This document shows positions 50,673 to 63,867 of a stretch of 64,000 nt of DNA, one piece after another; position 1 is the stretch's first letter, and the number at the start of each line of letters is the position of its first letter. Under the pieces are notes generated by a model. It searched no databases, was not told the origin of the DNA, and worked only from the letters and a program-made list of their open reading frames with translations. Made by a program: the position numbers and the translations under genes. Source of the stretch: Euprymna scolopes (taxonomy: Eukaryota); assembly GCA_053919585.1 (NCBI GenBank), contig CM132785.1. One strand, given 5' to 3'.

Positions 50673-51739
50673 GGAGAGAGAGAGAGAGAGATGTTGTTCT
50701 GTCATCTCAATGTGAATTTCGACCCGAGGCATTCACACGGGCCGCGAATGTCGTTCATTTTGTCATGTTTTCACCACTTTTGGTTCCATCGCCCAAGGCT
50801 CTTATTCCATCGGCTTCCAAGATGCATAGGGAATCGAAGCAACGAGTCGTTGATGGATGACAGCAACTGACAGCACTCCGGGCTGACGAAGAGGGAGAAA
50901 ACGGACAAAGTGCGCATATTAATATCACCTTAAGTAACGATCGACACCTTTTAACAGAAAATCCTTCACAACGTTTTGAACTTTAAACAGACAAGCTTTG
51001 TCCGTTTCCCTTTATTTTGGTCTTTTCTTTTGTTTCGGTCAACTCTTTTTCATTTCCTTTCTTTTTTTTTTTACTTCTTTTATTTTTCATCACTACGCTT
51101 GGCATCGATGTATTCTTTCTATCCTCTTTCCACCACAGCATCAGCTCCAACCAAAATCCTTCACCATGGTAAAGATGGCTATATGTGATAATGTCAGCGC
51201 TATGACATTGTGAACTCCAGTTCCTGAAAGAGCCACCCGGCAGATATGTTTGGCACCAAGTGGTATAACGACGCAACCCAGTTAATAGAGTTTTGATGAA
51301 AATCTTCGAGAAATCGGCATTAGGAATAGTCGTACTCTGATCGCATTTGCCTCTGTGTGAATTCAAAGGTGAATCAGGTCATGGACAACGTAAAGCAAGC
51401 CCTCTCACCAATGCCACGTGACTCGCTGACGTCACAGAATAAGGTATTAGGCGAATAACGACGATACGAAATATGGTCATTTTTTTTTGTTTCAATTCTC
51501 AAATAAATTTCAGACTGATTTATAAAACTTGTCCAAAAATAACTGCATTTCTTTTCCGGAAAAAATATTTTACATTTGGACACGTGCGATTAAAAAAGGG
51601 TATTTTATGTTTTTAATTAATATTGATAAGTGCAGTTTCAGTATAAATCGTATTCCTTGTTTTTCTCTTTTTTTATGCACTTTATTTTTTTTTTTTAGGC
51701 TTTTGTAAAATGATTTCATTCATTATCGACAAACTGACT

Positions 51740-52200
51740 GCTCAACAGATCTTGCTTGTACTGCGTTCATGACGTCATTTTTCAAGAACTGTGTCTGTTT
51801 TATTGTGGCCCTGTGGACATGCGGATCAATGAAATGATAATAACAACGATGATTTTGTGTTATTCATTTGCGTGTTCTGAACCAAATATTTTACAAGTTC
51901 GTATACAGTAGTGTTGGGAGTAAAACCTGCAATCTTGCAGATACATGAATAGCTCCGAAAAACGAGGAGGACTTTATGCGGACATAGAATCATGATCTTT
52001 ATGAGTTGCATACAAATTCGCTGCTTTTGATACATCATTGTAGCGTGCCAGAAGCTTCTTTCTATGAACTGCAAGCTTGTGAAACTCTTCTTGCTGACCG
52101 TTTTTCTTTCGACCTAAAGCCTTGGTCTTTTCAAGACTAAGGTCAATAGGCATCTCCTGTCTTTGCAATAATCATCTTTCGTCTTGTTAGCGCCTTGCAT
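51740..52200 (-). mobile_element. Possible piggyBac-like transposase C-terminal remnant
   Basis: Weak similarity only (RYNDVSKAANLYAT; CPQGHNKTDTVLEK, like an eroded Cys-rich tail). Confidence 0.3.
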
Positions 52201-52497
52201 CAAGTGGTTTCACGCCTTGTATGAAGCGATTTCCATTACAAAAACTCACGGAAAAGGTGTTGTGTCATTTAATATCCAAACTGTAATTAAGGCTCCTTAA
52301 ACTTGATGTTAGGCTATGTACAATTGTTGAGCTTTTTGTTGTCGGTTTTGCATTTCTCCTGTATTTAAAAGAATGACATCAAACACTGATGTATACAAAT
52401 ATAATGATATAATTTTTATGTCCGTAACGGTAAACGAATGGTGTGCATGTAAAGGACGGGGAAAATATAAGAATCTCTAAAACTACATCGCTAGTCG

Positions 52498-52576
52498 ATT
52501 TTCGATCTCAATTTAGATACGAAGTCTTTTGGACAAACAGTAACATCATGTAATAGTTTTTTAAGATCAGTGTTTG

Positions 52577-52663
<87 letters not shown>

Positions 52664-52743
52664 ACAAACACTGATCTTAAAAAACTATTACATGATGTTA
52701 CTGTTTGTCCAAAAGACTGCCTATCTAAATTGAGATCGAAAAT
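52498..52743. repeat. About 80-bp inverted repeat whose spacer is a (TA)n tract
   Basis: ttttcgatctcaatttagata...gatcagtgtttgtc / gacaaacactgatc...tatctaaattgagatcgaaaa. Confidence 0.9.
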
Positions 52744-52758
52744 GAAAATGAGATCGAT

Positions 52759-52829
<71 letters not shown>

Positions 52830-53585
52830 CAGCGTATCATAGATTCTTAACAAATCTACGTGCAGTACTATTTTGCTGTATCACAGCTCATCAGTGTGAC
52901 TAGACAGGCAACTAACTCAAGACTGGCTTTAATTTGAAAATACTATTTAAAAACTAGCGCGATAACATAGATGCACAAGCAAATTTTCTGCTTCCTCCGT
53001 TGACGGCCAGCACTCAGAGTCATACAAAGCAGTGTTAATAGTTTTAAAAATCGATTTTAAAAAAAATGTTTGTGTGTTTCAAATATTAATAACTTTTACA
53101 AGAACTTCTACAGTTAGAAACCCAATCTCCGGCAACTTCACGTTGTCATCTCCGGCAGGTTACGTAAGCAGCTGGAAGATGCTGAATCGAAGACTGACAG
53201 GCGATTAATTAAAAACACGGTGTTGCCCCCCCTCAATATTAAGAATGCCTTTTTATTTAGAAAGCAGTTCTTAACATGAGGTATGGGTAGACTTCACGTT
53301 GGTTTAACGTGTTGAATGTCATTTTCAGTTTTACATACTTTTTCTTGGATTAATGAATTTCACGTTTTCATTAAAACTTTTCTTCTAACAACTGATTGAC
53401 TACTTGCTCTGGAATTTCCGGCTGCTTACGTAACCTGCCGGAATATGTTTTTGGAAGAAAAACGCCGAGTCGGATTTTTATTTCTTTCCTTTTTTTATTT
53501 TGTTTCTTCCTTTATGCCGGTGTGAGACGGCGTGTGGATTCGAGAGGTTTCAAGTGTAAAGATGCAGTTAAAAAGTAAGGCCGCG

Positions 53586-53800
53586 TTACATTTTGAAGCT
53601 ACCAGTAAACTTAAAATCTAGGCACATAAAAATGCGATCGAAACTTATTTTACTTGCCGAAGTTTTACGGGATCTGCCGGTTTTAAAAGGATTAACTATT
53701 TTGCCAGTATGATTGTAGGATTTGACAACCCTGCCTACAACACTCTTGAAACGTTTCACTTTCTCTGAAATCACTCTAATTTTTTTTTTTTTGCTTCATT
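53586..53800 (-). mobile_element. Tc1 transposase N-terminal (HTH) remnant
   Basis: ISEKVKRFKSVVGRVVKSYNHTG...TGRSRKTS (GRPR-like motif). Confidence 0.7.
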
Positions 53801-53989
53801 TTACTTCAGTCGAATTCTCAGAAAGCAAGGGACCCACAACCTGGGACTAACACTTGAAATCTATATGAGATACATGGATATTCGAATGTTTCATTAAAGT
53901 TCTTTATCTCTCAAACACTGAGTTAGTAAAGAATTTGAGAACATAATTTTCCTCCTCCCAATTAAGCATTTTTATACATTGTAGTATAT

Positions 53990-54738
53990 CTTTCATTTTG
54001 GTCACTTGACCTTACTGGATTCCAGGACAAAAATTTATCTAATCTGGTGGAGTATCCAGCTTCATGTCATTACTTTAGGTAACATCACTTGGAGAAGGTG
54101 CACCGTTCCTCGTAAAAGCTAATGTGGGTTAGCCATAGTGAGGAGATCTTTTTAGGCAGCGAATACTATGTGATTTTGAATATTTGGTCAGGGTTTAATT
54201 CTATGAAAAAGTATCCTCATTCCAGGTTGTTCTGACAAACCCCTGTACAGAGAGACCTTAGACACTCGAGGACAGTGTCTAGTAGGCATTCAAGTTCTCT
54301 CCAGTAGGCATTCAAGTTCTCTCCTGTAGGTATTCAAGTTCTCTCCTAATGGTGGGGTGTTCCTTGTGTAGCTTCACAACAGCTTGTCTCACAGAGTAAT
54401 CAAGTTTTTGGCGTTTCGCCATAGTGCCGGCTAATGCAACGTTTACAAATGACTAAGTAAGACTTATTCTTGGAGGAGGAAATCAAAAAATTTGAATATA
54501 ACATACTGTTTGCATTGTTTTTCTCAATTTTGTCCCTTACTTTTGGACGTTCCTATTTTGAAAATAAATAAATAACTGTTATAATTCTTTTTCAATCCTT
54601 TGCAAATGATTCAAATTTAAGTATGTCATTATGAATGATAACGACTACCAGTTGTCAAAATTTCAGCTTTTCACGGTTGTGATTTCTAACAAATATTAGG
54701 TTTTAAAATTTTGTCCCTTAGTTTTGGACGGTACTGTA
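53990..54738 (-). mobile_element. Tc1 IR/DR-type transposon left end and decayed transposase
   Basis: TA-CAGTACCGTCCAAAACTAAGGGACA terminus with an inner direct repeat at 54529-54549; MAKRQKLDYSVRQAVVKLHKE starts at 54422. Confidence 0.8.
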
Positions 54739-55026
54739 TACTTAAACCTGTCAGGACCTTTCCAAACCTTTCATCCTTTTCTTTTTTCTCTTTTTTTCTT
54801 CCTCCTTTAAAATTTTATTGTCCCATCATCATCTGTTACTCTTAAGTACGAATTTTTAGAATAAAGATTTTAGATTTGAGACATTTTAACTTAGCAAATT
54901 AAAAACCATTTCACTTGTGCTGACTTATAAATATAATTTAATCACCAAAGTTGAATCTATTTTTTAATGACTTTTCTGCTTCGTTTTGATAAAAAAAAAT
55001 TCCTTTATTTGAATAAACTAAATAGC

Positions 55027-55428
55027 TATTAGGTACGTTTGAAGCCGAAACAACGCATTATTACAAAATAAACAGATATTTATTTTGTTTTAAATTAATA
55101 TTGAAATTTATAAATATATTTCGAAGATACACTTTATCATCAGTATGTCTTTCTTTCTTTTCTTTTTGGCCATGTTGTTGCTGGAGCATAGAATCAGTAG
55201 AAGTCCGTTTGTTGTTTTTACCACAGTCTTTTCAAATGTCGGAACCGTGTGTTGGTCACGCGGAATAAACGTTAGGGTTTGTGTTCCTTGATAGAAGTGC
55301 TGGTTGGGTTTAGATAAAATAAATATGTACCGAAATATATTCATAAATTTCAATATTAATTTGAAACAAAATAAATATCTGTTTATTTTGGAATACTGCG
55401 TTGTTTTGGCTTCAAACGTACCTAATAC
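55027..55428. repeat. About 97-bp inverted repeat pair (55027-55123 / 55331-55428)
   Basis: tattaggtacgtttgaagcc...aatatatttcg and its reverse complement. Confidence 0.85.
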
Positions 55429-56001
55429 GTATTTATTTTATGCAAACTAAACCATCGCTCCTATAAAGGAACACAAATCCTCTTTTATTTTTTATTTATC
55501 TGTCTCCAGATATCTTTTGTTTATTCTTCACAAATTGTATTTAAAAAAAAAAACTTGTTATAATCAAATATTATCCAACCAAAGGGAAACGAAGGAAATG
55601 TTTGCATGGGAATGTTACCTGGTGCCTTCGAAATATTACAATAGCCGTTGGATCTTTTTACCTCTCCACTACCAAGAACTTCCATCTCAGGATTTACCAC
55701 GCATTTTGTATTTGAAGTCCAACATCCTTTTTTTCTGCCACGACGTCAAATTTCCTTTATTCTATGTAGCTAAAATGGTTTAAAAACTTTAAAAACATTA
55801 AAAACTTTTAATTTTTCTACGCTTATTGCCTTTAGCAAATACGGTGCAAACCATTTGCTAATATTTTTCCTCTGAGGAAATGAGTAAACACTGAAAACTC
55901 ATGGGTTAAGGAAATATATTTTTAAACTGTATTCTTTGTTTGCAAATAATAAAGATTCTATATTTGAAAATTAACCTTTTCAAATCATAAAATTTTAATA
56001 C

Positions 56002-56063
<62 letters not shown>

Positions 56064-57285
56064 CTTTGAGGAGGAATTTACTAATCAAGGAAAAGGAAAC
56101 TTCCAAAACCAAATATAAATATAGTTATTTATATCTTATTTATANNNNNNNNNNNNNNNNNNNNNNNNNNNNNNNNNNNNNNNNNNNNNNNNNNNNNNNN
56201 NNNNNNNNNNNNNNNNNNNNNNNNNNNNNNNNNNNNNNNNNNNNNNNNNNNNNNNNNNNNNNNNNNNNNNNNNNNNNNNNNNNNNNNNNNNNNNNNNNNN
56301 NNNNNNNNNNNNNNNNNNNNNNNNNNNNNNNNNNNNNNNNNNNNNNNNNNNNNNNNNNNNNNNNNNNNNNNNNNNNNNCTGCATGGCTTTGAACTTAAAT
56401 AGATTCTATATCCTTTATGGAATCTTTCTGTAATTTTAACACAATCTGGTTAAGACATTGAAAAATTGTTTAAAACCATGCAAAATTTATAAGATTTTTA
56501 GTACATGAAAAATAATGTCTTTTAAATGTTGCCTATTTTCAGCTTCGCATATTTGTGCTCTTTCCAAAAAAAATATTCCTGACAGATTGCAAAATGTCTG
56601 GATTACGATTTAACTCCCATATTTCGTTTCTGATGTTTTCCTTCACATCTTGCAGGTTTGGAGTTTGTTAACATAGGCACATTCTTTAAGACATCCTCAC
56701 AAGAAAAATTTTGGTGATTTAGGTTATCTCTCACTTGAAAATTCCGTTGATAAGGTCTTTGAGTCAAAACAATTGACACCTGATTTAGGTAAAACAATTT
56801 AACAACTTGCGTACATTGTTCAATGCGATTATTATTCTTAATTAATTTTCAAAATATTATTTGTAAAATATCTGAACTACAGAAAAAAATAATCATTATT
56901 GGCAAACTGACAAAATTTTCACTCCATNNNNNNNNNNNNNNNNNNNNNNNNNNNNNNNNNNNNNNNNNNNNNNNNNNNNNNNNNNNNNNNNNNNNNNNNN
57001 NNNNNNNNNNNNNNNNNNNNNNNNNNNNNNNNNNNNNNNNNNNNNNNNNNNNNNNNNNNNNNNNNNNNNNNNNNNTTCTCACCTTTCTTTTAGAATTATC
57101 TATATTAAAATTTTTGTATTAATCTCTTATCATGAATTATAGCGTAGACTTTCAGCTAAAGCATTACTCTTCTATACCATAAGTAAAATCTAATAGAAAT
57201 ACAAATAAGAATAAAAAAATGCATAAATAAAATAATAAGGAAAAACTTTCCCGAAAATCCATTCGTGCAGTGAATTCCATTTTAG

Positions 57286-57422
57286 TCTCGCGAGATTTTA
57301 CGTTGTCTCTTTCGTGTAAAAGTGGGATGTTCATCAACACCGGAAATGTTGTTATGTTTTTTATTATTTCTTATACGCATGCGCACGGGCGACCCCTATA
57401 AGAAGATATTGTCCGCCATTTT
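57286..57422 (+). promoter_or_regulatory. Candidate housekeeping-type Pol II promoter
   Basis: TCTCGCGAGA, ETS-like CCGGAAAT, NRF1-like CGCATGCGCA, TATAAG and YY1-like CCGCCATTTT within 140 bp in an AT-rich background. Confidence 0.6.
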
Positions 57423-59317
57423 GTTTTCAGTGTCTTCATAGTCAATGAGATTCCACCTGCCATCACACGCATTTATTTATTCTAAATTTTATTTGGTTTA
57501 TTTGTTTACTGTTAGTTTGATTTTGTTTTTTTATCTGCTGCTGCGCATGTTTTATTCCGTTGTTCGTTTTCATCATTCCTCCCTGCAAACAGCAATATCA
57601 AAACGTATACAAAAGACACTCAAAAACGAGAAGTGGGATGGATAAATTGGACAGCTCGTCCCGGACAACGTCTTCCGCCTCTTTCAATGTCGCCATTGCT
57701 TCGACTGTTAAGATCCACATTATCATCTGACAGACGTATACAAGATATACGCAGAAACAAGATGGACATCACTCGAAATACGAAATTTAAGTGTCCGTTA
57801 TTCTAAGTTCGATATTAAAGTTGCCTTACTTCCTAAGCTGTAAGAAAAGAAAAGAAAACATAGATTCTTCGATGAATATACATTATAATTTCGAATTGGT
57901 CAGCTTATATTCTTAGTTCCTTTTCCACATACGTATTTGCCTTGTTTTTCATTTATACTTCGCTTTCAGTCACCTCCATTAGTGTGTGTTTGAACCGGAA
58001 ACAAGCACGAATCGAGGTCGTAGCTTGGTCTGATCTGTTTTGAGTGCATTTCTAATGTTATTTCCTGAATCCTGTCAAGGCTCTCAGTTTAATGCTAAAC
58101 GCCCTTTACCCGCGACAAGCGTAATGCTCTTTTTACTACGTAACTTTATAGTGGGTTTGATTCCTTTATATTTAGTTATTTTGACTTTTTATAATTATCA
58201 TTCTCTCTATTTTCTTGTCTTCTCGCAAAGAACGGAGGATACATAAGGTTGAGCTTAAAGACGGCCGCCAGGATTACTGAACGACACCAGGGCCCTTATG
58301 GCCATGTGAAGTTCAGTAATAAGACCTCGAATATTTTTATTTTCATTCTCTTAAGCTATCTGTAATAAATCAAGTTATATCTTACATACTCTATTGGACA
58401 TTATGTTTCCTGTTTTATAACAAGTTGCTGACAGAAAACTCATAGAGAATTTATTTTTACATGGCAACGTTGCTTTGTTAAAAAAAATAAGAAAGAGAGG
58501 GAGAAAGATATTATATGAGTATTATGAAGCAATTAGAGTGCCGGCAGAACCGGCTGAATAAAATCAAAAGGTTTCAGACAATCAGGAACTTTCTAGGCGG
58601 TGCCCAACGAAACCACGCCAGTACAGAGCGAAAGTTTACCAGAGCTTGCAAATCAACCAATTCTGACTAGATAAATTAGAAAGGGTGGTTAAGTTGAAAG
58701 AAGAAACTATAACCATCAAGAACGTATTTTTAATCAGAATAATATATAAGCAATCCATTAACTTCTTTTGTATACGAACTATATATATATATATTCTTTT
58801 GAATATTTTAATCGAATAATTATTTTTATAAGAAAACGATTATCAGTCACTTGTTTTTTGTTTGTTTTCAATTTCTTTTTTTTTTTTTTTTTTTTTCGTG
58901 CCTTGAAAGTGATTCAGTTTTTTTGTTTTGTTTTGTTTTTTTTTCGCATATATCTTCAGAACAAACCTTTCCAGCGACGAGTGATTCTAGCCAAATAGCG
59001 ACTTTTCGTAAAAAAAAAAGAAAAGAAACCACTTGCACGGCCATCGCCCAGACAATTAATCTCGGAGACGTCCTGTAGAACAAAAGAGCTGTTTACGTAC
59101 GTCCAAAAACTCGTTGGTGTGGAAACTTTGTTTCTACACAGACTTAGGGTTCGCACGTATTTGGGTCAGTTGAGCTAAACTTGAAGATATATTCATGGTT
59201 TCAGCGTCCAGCGAATGCCTGAGTACTTTTAATGGTTCGCTATGTAACATTTATGATACCATAGTTAGAGATCGCATTTAAATTTGTAATGTGGAAAGTA
59301 GTCCGTGGGAGGCATGG

Positions 59318-59374
<57 letters not shown>

Positions 59375-59474
59375 TACTAAATTTAATCACATAAATACGT
59401 ATACGAAAGTATAAATGTATGCGTAAACTTTAAGTATTTATTTCAACGGTTCTAAATACGTATTTAGAGCTACG

Positions 59475-59581
59475 TAATAAGTTATAAAATATATATGGCA
59501 ATTAAGCTACACAGAATATTCCGCGTTTCATCCACGCTAGGATTCACCAGGTATAAGCCTGATGAACTTCCTTTGTATACG

Positions 59582-59621
<40 letters not shown>

Positions 59622-59754
59622 AGTTATAAAATATATATGCCAATTAAGCTACCCAGAATATTCCGCGTTTCATCCACGCTAGGATCCATCAGGCATAAGC
59701 CTGATGAATCCTAACGTGGATGAAGCTTAATTGCCATATATATATTTTATAACT

Positions 59755-59760
<6 letters not shown>
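59475..59760. repeat. Duplicated, fold-back repeat made of back-to-back hammerhead cores
   Basis: Consensus CTGATGA-atcc tagcgt ggat-GAAAC across arms; hairpin centre atcaggc-ataa-gcctgat. Confidence 0.65.
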
Positions 59761-59805
<45 letters not shown>

Positions 59806-60018
59806 GTAATATAAAACACGATTATTTTATATAAATCAGATCGTCTTTTAAGAAAATCAAATTATAGAGTAGAGTTAAGCTCAGTATTCCAACCATTAAA
59901 AAATTATTTTACATATAAATAGTTTTCCTAGAAATAAGTATATTATATAACCATCTATATAGCGTGTGCGTGTGTGTATCTGTGATCTTCTAGTGTTGTG
60001 ATTGTATGTGAGTGTGTG

Positions 60019-60092
<74 letters not shown>

Positions 60093-60706
60093 AGTTTCTA
60101 GAATTGTAATGTTCTATTTCTATATGCGTATTCTTCATTGAGGGACCGATTGCATGAAGACGTTGCTATGTATACAATTACACAGATAGATACAGTTTAT
60201 AACACGGGACTGTTCTTTAAATAAAAAGACCAATAAACTTTTCCTGTGGGGGTGAATCAAACAAAGGGCACATACCTTCTTCCATTTTTATCTTCCCTTT
60301 CATAATTCTTCCATAGTTACCACGCTGCAAACATATTCTTCAGCCGAAGGAAAACGCCATGACGTTAAATTATATTTCTTTGTATACATATTTATTAATC
60401 TTCCTGAGTCTCCTCGGAGTTACGCAACCGCTTTTTTTCCAGTCTTACATTGTCTTTACTTAGCCAGTCGAAATGCGTCCACGACTAACGGTCAAACATT
60501 AACTCCGTTGCTATCTAACTCTGATTTTCTGCTTACGTGTATATATATGAATCTCTCTTTTTTATGTGACGTCACAGGTCAATCCTACTACTGTTTTGGT
60601 AACATTTTAAAGGTGTTTATCTATTCTTAATTACTTATTGTTTGTGTTATTTTATTATTATATATTATTTTTTATTGGAATCCTTTGAGATGAGCACGTT
60701 GTATAT

Positions 60707-61020
60707 TCATTTATTTATTTGCAAACTGGTATCCTAATCTCCATAGTCATTGTTTCACCACGTTTCGGCCAACTATTCATTTGGCCATCTTTATGTGGTT
60801 AACTTCGACAGGATAGGAATCAGGCCAGAGGATTAGTCGGCCAATGAGACAACAACAAATATGGAAGGCATTAATTGCTGAGGATACAGTAAATAGATTC
60901 AGCATTCCTATCCCGTCGCAATTAACCACCTGAAGAAGGCCACATAAATAGTTGGCCGAAACGTGGCAAAACAACAACAATGAAGATGAGGATAACAGTC
61001 CGCAAATAAATAAATAAATA
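60707..61020. mobile_element. Penelope-like inverted repeat pair with outward-facing hammerhead-like motifs
   Basis: Arms 60707-60820 / 60904-61020; plus arm cac-CTGAAGA-aggcca...tggcc-GAAAC-GTG. Confidence 0.75.
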
Positions 61021-61485
61021 ACTTTATTATTGTTTAGAAACTTAAAATTCCAAATCTATTTTATTGCGACTGAATATCTATTTGAATAACTTCTTTTCTA
61101 TTAGTAAAACACTTTATACTTTAAAACACAATTGCCATTTCCAGGTTCCTTTCTGTTCACCTGCCGTCGCCCGGGAATCCCATTACTCAAAAAATAAATT
61201 TAAGTTATATCATACTGATATACAAAGTTAAGCAAAGAAAAGCTAAGTGCTTTAATGTAAATTCCAAACAGGTGAACAAATTCAAACAGTAGAATTAAAG
61301 TGAATTTGAAGAGGAGTTTTGCTATACTGCTTGAATTTGTTCAAGTATGTTTAGAAATCTCATAGAAACATACTATCTTTTCCTTTCTGTCGAAACAGAC
61401 ATTAAATCATCTTATAATATAACTTCATTCTAACAATTTTTGAAAACTCCAGAGAACAATGTGTTCTTTCTTCGTTTATTGTTAA

Positions 61486-62890
61486 CTAGCCTGAGTGCCC
61501 GGTGTTGCCCGGACGTTTAGAGGCGTGTTGAGAAAAAAAGTGGTAGTAGGCAGGAAGGCTTGAAACGGAACTTGAAAAAAAAAACATGAGGCCTTGCCGT
61601 TGCGTCTGTTATGGAACAGCCGCCTTTTCTTGTAAGTGAATAAGTACGAAAAAGGATAGTCAAGGATTCGAACTTGCGAAGCTAGATTTGGAATTGAGAA
61701 TTGCAATCATAAGTTAAAATAAATACAGAATACATAATATTATTGAAATACAGAATGTTAGTGAAAATAAGGAATGTGGAATTGCCATTGTTTAGCTCAT
61801 ACAAAATCGATATCTGTTTATAGAGAAAGGAATGTAATGATGAATTTTGTTTCTGTTATTGAAATGAAATTAAAATAAGGAATCTAGATCAGAACAATGG
61901 AAAATATATTTGTAAAGTAGGTTAGAGAAATCGGAGTTGAAACATGTGAGTAACAATGCATGCTTAAACACGGAGGCATGGCATGCCATGTGTCTGATAT
62001 GCACGTGTTGGTCATGCAATGACGTCATGGGTCTCAATATAGAGAGCTTTGGTCAGTCAGTCAAAAAACTCAGTCGGTCGGACGGAGTCAGGGGAGAAGA
62101 GAGGAGTCAGAGACAGAGCTGACATGGAACCTTGGAAGCGGAGGTTAGAAGAAGAAAGTCTCATGTAAAGTATTGAATTCCTTGATGCAAAGCCATTGAT
62201 CGGTCGTAATGGAATAAACAACAACATCATCTTTTTGTATCTGCGTCTTCGTGTTATGTATTCAACAGAAAAGGTACTGTCAATTTATATTATAAGAACT
62301 CTGTGAAAAATCATCATCTCAAAAATATGTAACGATAATATGTGTCAAGGTTTATAGAAACACTACCATTCACAGAACTGTCAAACAGTATAAATGTCAA
62401 ACGCACTATCTCTCGGTCTATCTGTCATTTATCAAATCTCCTCTCATTTTGTATTACATATCGTTGACTCTCCTGTATTAACATGTACCCTGTCTCTTTA
62501 TATATACAGAACTGTCTCTCTATTGATATATACGCGATATATCTGCACTCAACTTGAACCTCTAAGACTCACTACTAAAATGGACAACAACAAATATATA
62601 ACATCAGTCCTCTTCTAATAAGAACTATGCAACACGTTTATCGCCAACCCGGAGGGGCGAAGGTTTAAATTAAGGCTAGTCAATCAAAAAGAAGACGGTG
62701 ACTTTCGAAAATAGCAAAAAAAAACACCGCTCCATGTAGAAAAGTGCGCAGTTGAGGGTGAAGGAATAAATGTTTTTAGCCAATTTTTCGATATTTGTCG
62801 TCCGAAGGGTCCATCTCATCAAAAATCTGTCGTCTCTGTCGAAAGTTTTTGGCAAACATTTAAACGGACAGGTGAGATTTATATTATAGA
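61486..62890 (-). mobile_element. Non-autonomous Helitron containing a solo LTR
   Basis: 5' TCTATAATATAAAT; 3' ccgggcaacaccgggc hairpin then CTAG|T. Confidence 0.7.
61911..62267 (+). mobile_element. Probable solo LTR related to the Gypsy LTR at 6445-6706
   Basis: Shares gagaggagtcagagacaga and cgtcttc...tattcaaca; AATAAA at about 62213; boundaries approximate. Confidence 0.55.
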
Positions 62891-63495
62891 TGTTCCGTTT
62901 TCTCTTCTATAAATGTCTGCGATTGAATGCCTTCACCACTAAACCAGTAAAATCTTTGCCAGTTGCAAATAGATAATTATTCTGTCTCCAAATCACTGCA
63001 TATGTTATTTGCGCTTTTATGAATTATTTGAACTTGTTTTAAACATTTTACTACCATTTTTGAATCCTTGTATTTTATTGTATTTTAACCTTAGCTTCTA
63101 ATTCAAATTAATTCAAAAATTAAACCGATACTCATTGTAATGCGATCCACATTTTAATGAAAGGGAGATTCTATCCTTAAACGTTAGAAGCCAGAAAAAC
63201 TTTATTGTAGGCATATACTTAATATCTAAAATTTCTATATGTTCGTATCTACTATAAATTTGTTTATATTTCGATTTGTACTTAATTATAAATAATGAAT
63301 TCGCCACAGCTTATACTTTACTCCCAGTTATGCAGGTACTGAATTCTACTTCAAATCAAATTAAAATGTAATGGAAAAAAAAGAACAAGGAATAAAATTG
63401 TATTATATGTTTCCGTGTTTTAACCCTTGATGATTACATAAATGATTTAATTATTATTCCTCGTCATTTAATTTTTTCGCATGAAAAACTCTATC

Positions 63496-63830
63496 TCTAC
63501 TTATATATAAAAGGCACTTTGTTTGTGTGTGTGTGAGAGCGAAAGTTCCCTGTGGATACAAAAACAGCTGGGTCTATTTTTTTAAATTTCACAGAAATGT
63601 ACCTTACGTGTCATGTGCCGTTCTTAGTTTGTATCGCAATGCCTCCGATAAGTGTCGCAAACCGATAATCGAAAAAAAAAACCCATTAAAGAAGGAACAG
63701 TCCGATTTTTATACAGCCTAACATCACAAGTGCATTTGAAAAGTTTTATCATCGCACAAACAGAAGGGCCCGGCATATAACTCAACAGAAGGTTTTTGGA
63801 TAAGACAGAGCTGCGTTCGAAATGAATTGA
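63496..63830 (+). mobile_element. Helitron-like element family E, 5' part
   Basis: Same 5' end and gcacaaRcagaaRggccc block as 35911-36205. Confidence 0.55.
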
Positions 63831-63867
63831 TCTGTGTTTTAAATATTTCTTTTTTTTTTTTTTTTTT

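Noticed and set aside
50700-51450. GC-richer coding-like stretch
   Set aside because: No protein motif recognised on either strand; probably a decayed transposon but unsupported
60359-60465. Short hydrophobic ORF MTLNYISLYTYLLIFLSLLGVTQP
   Set aside because: Terminates after 34 codons; no splice or promoter support
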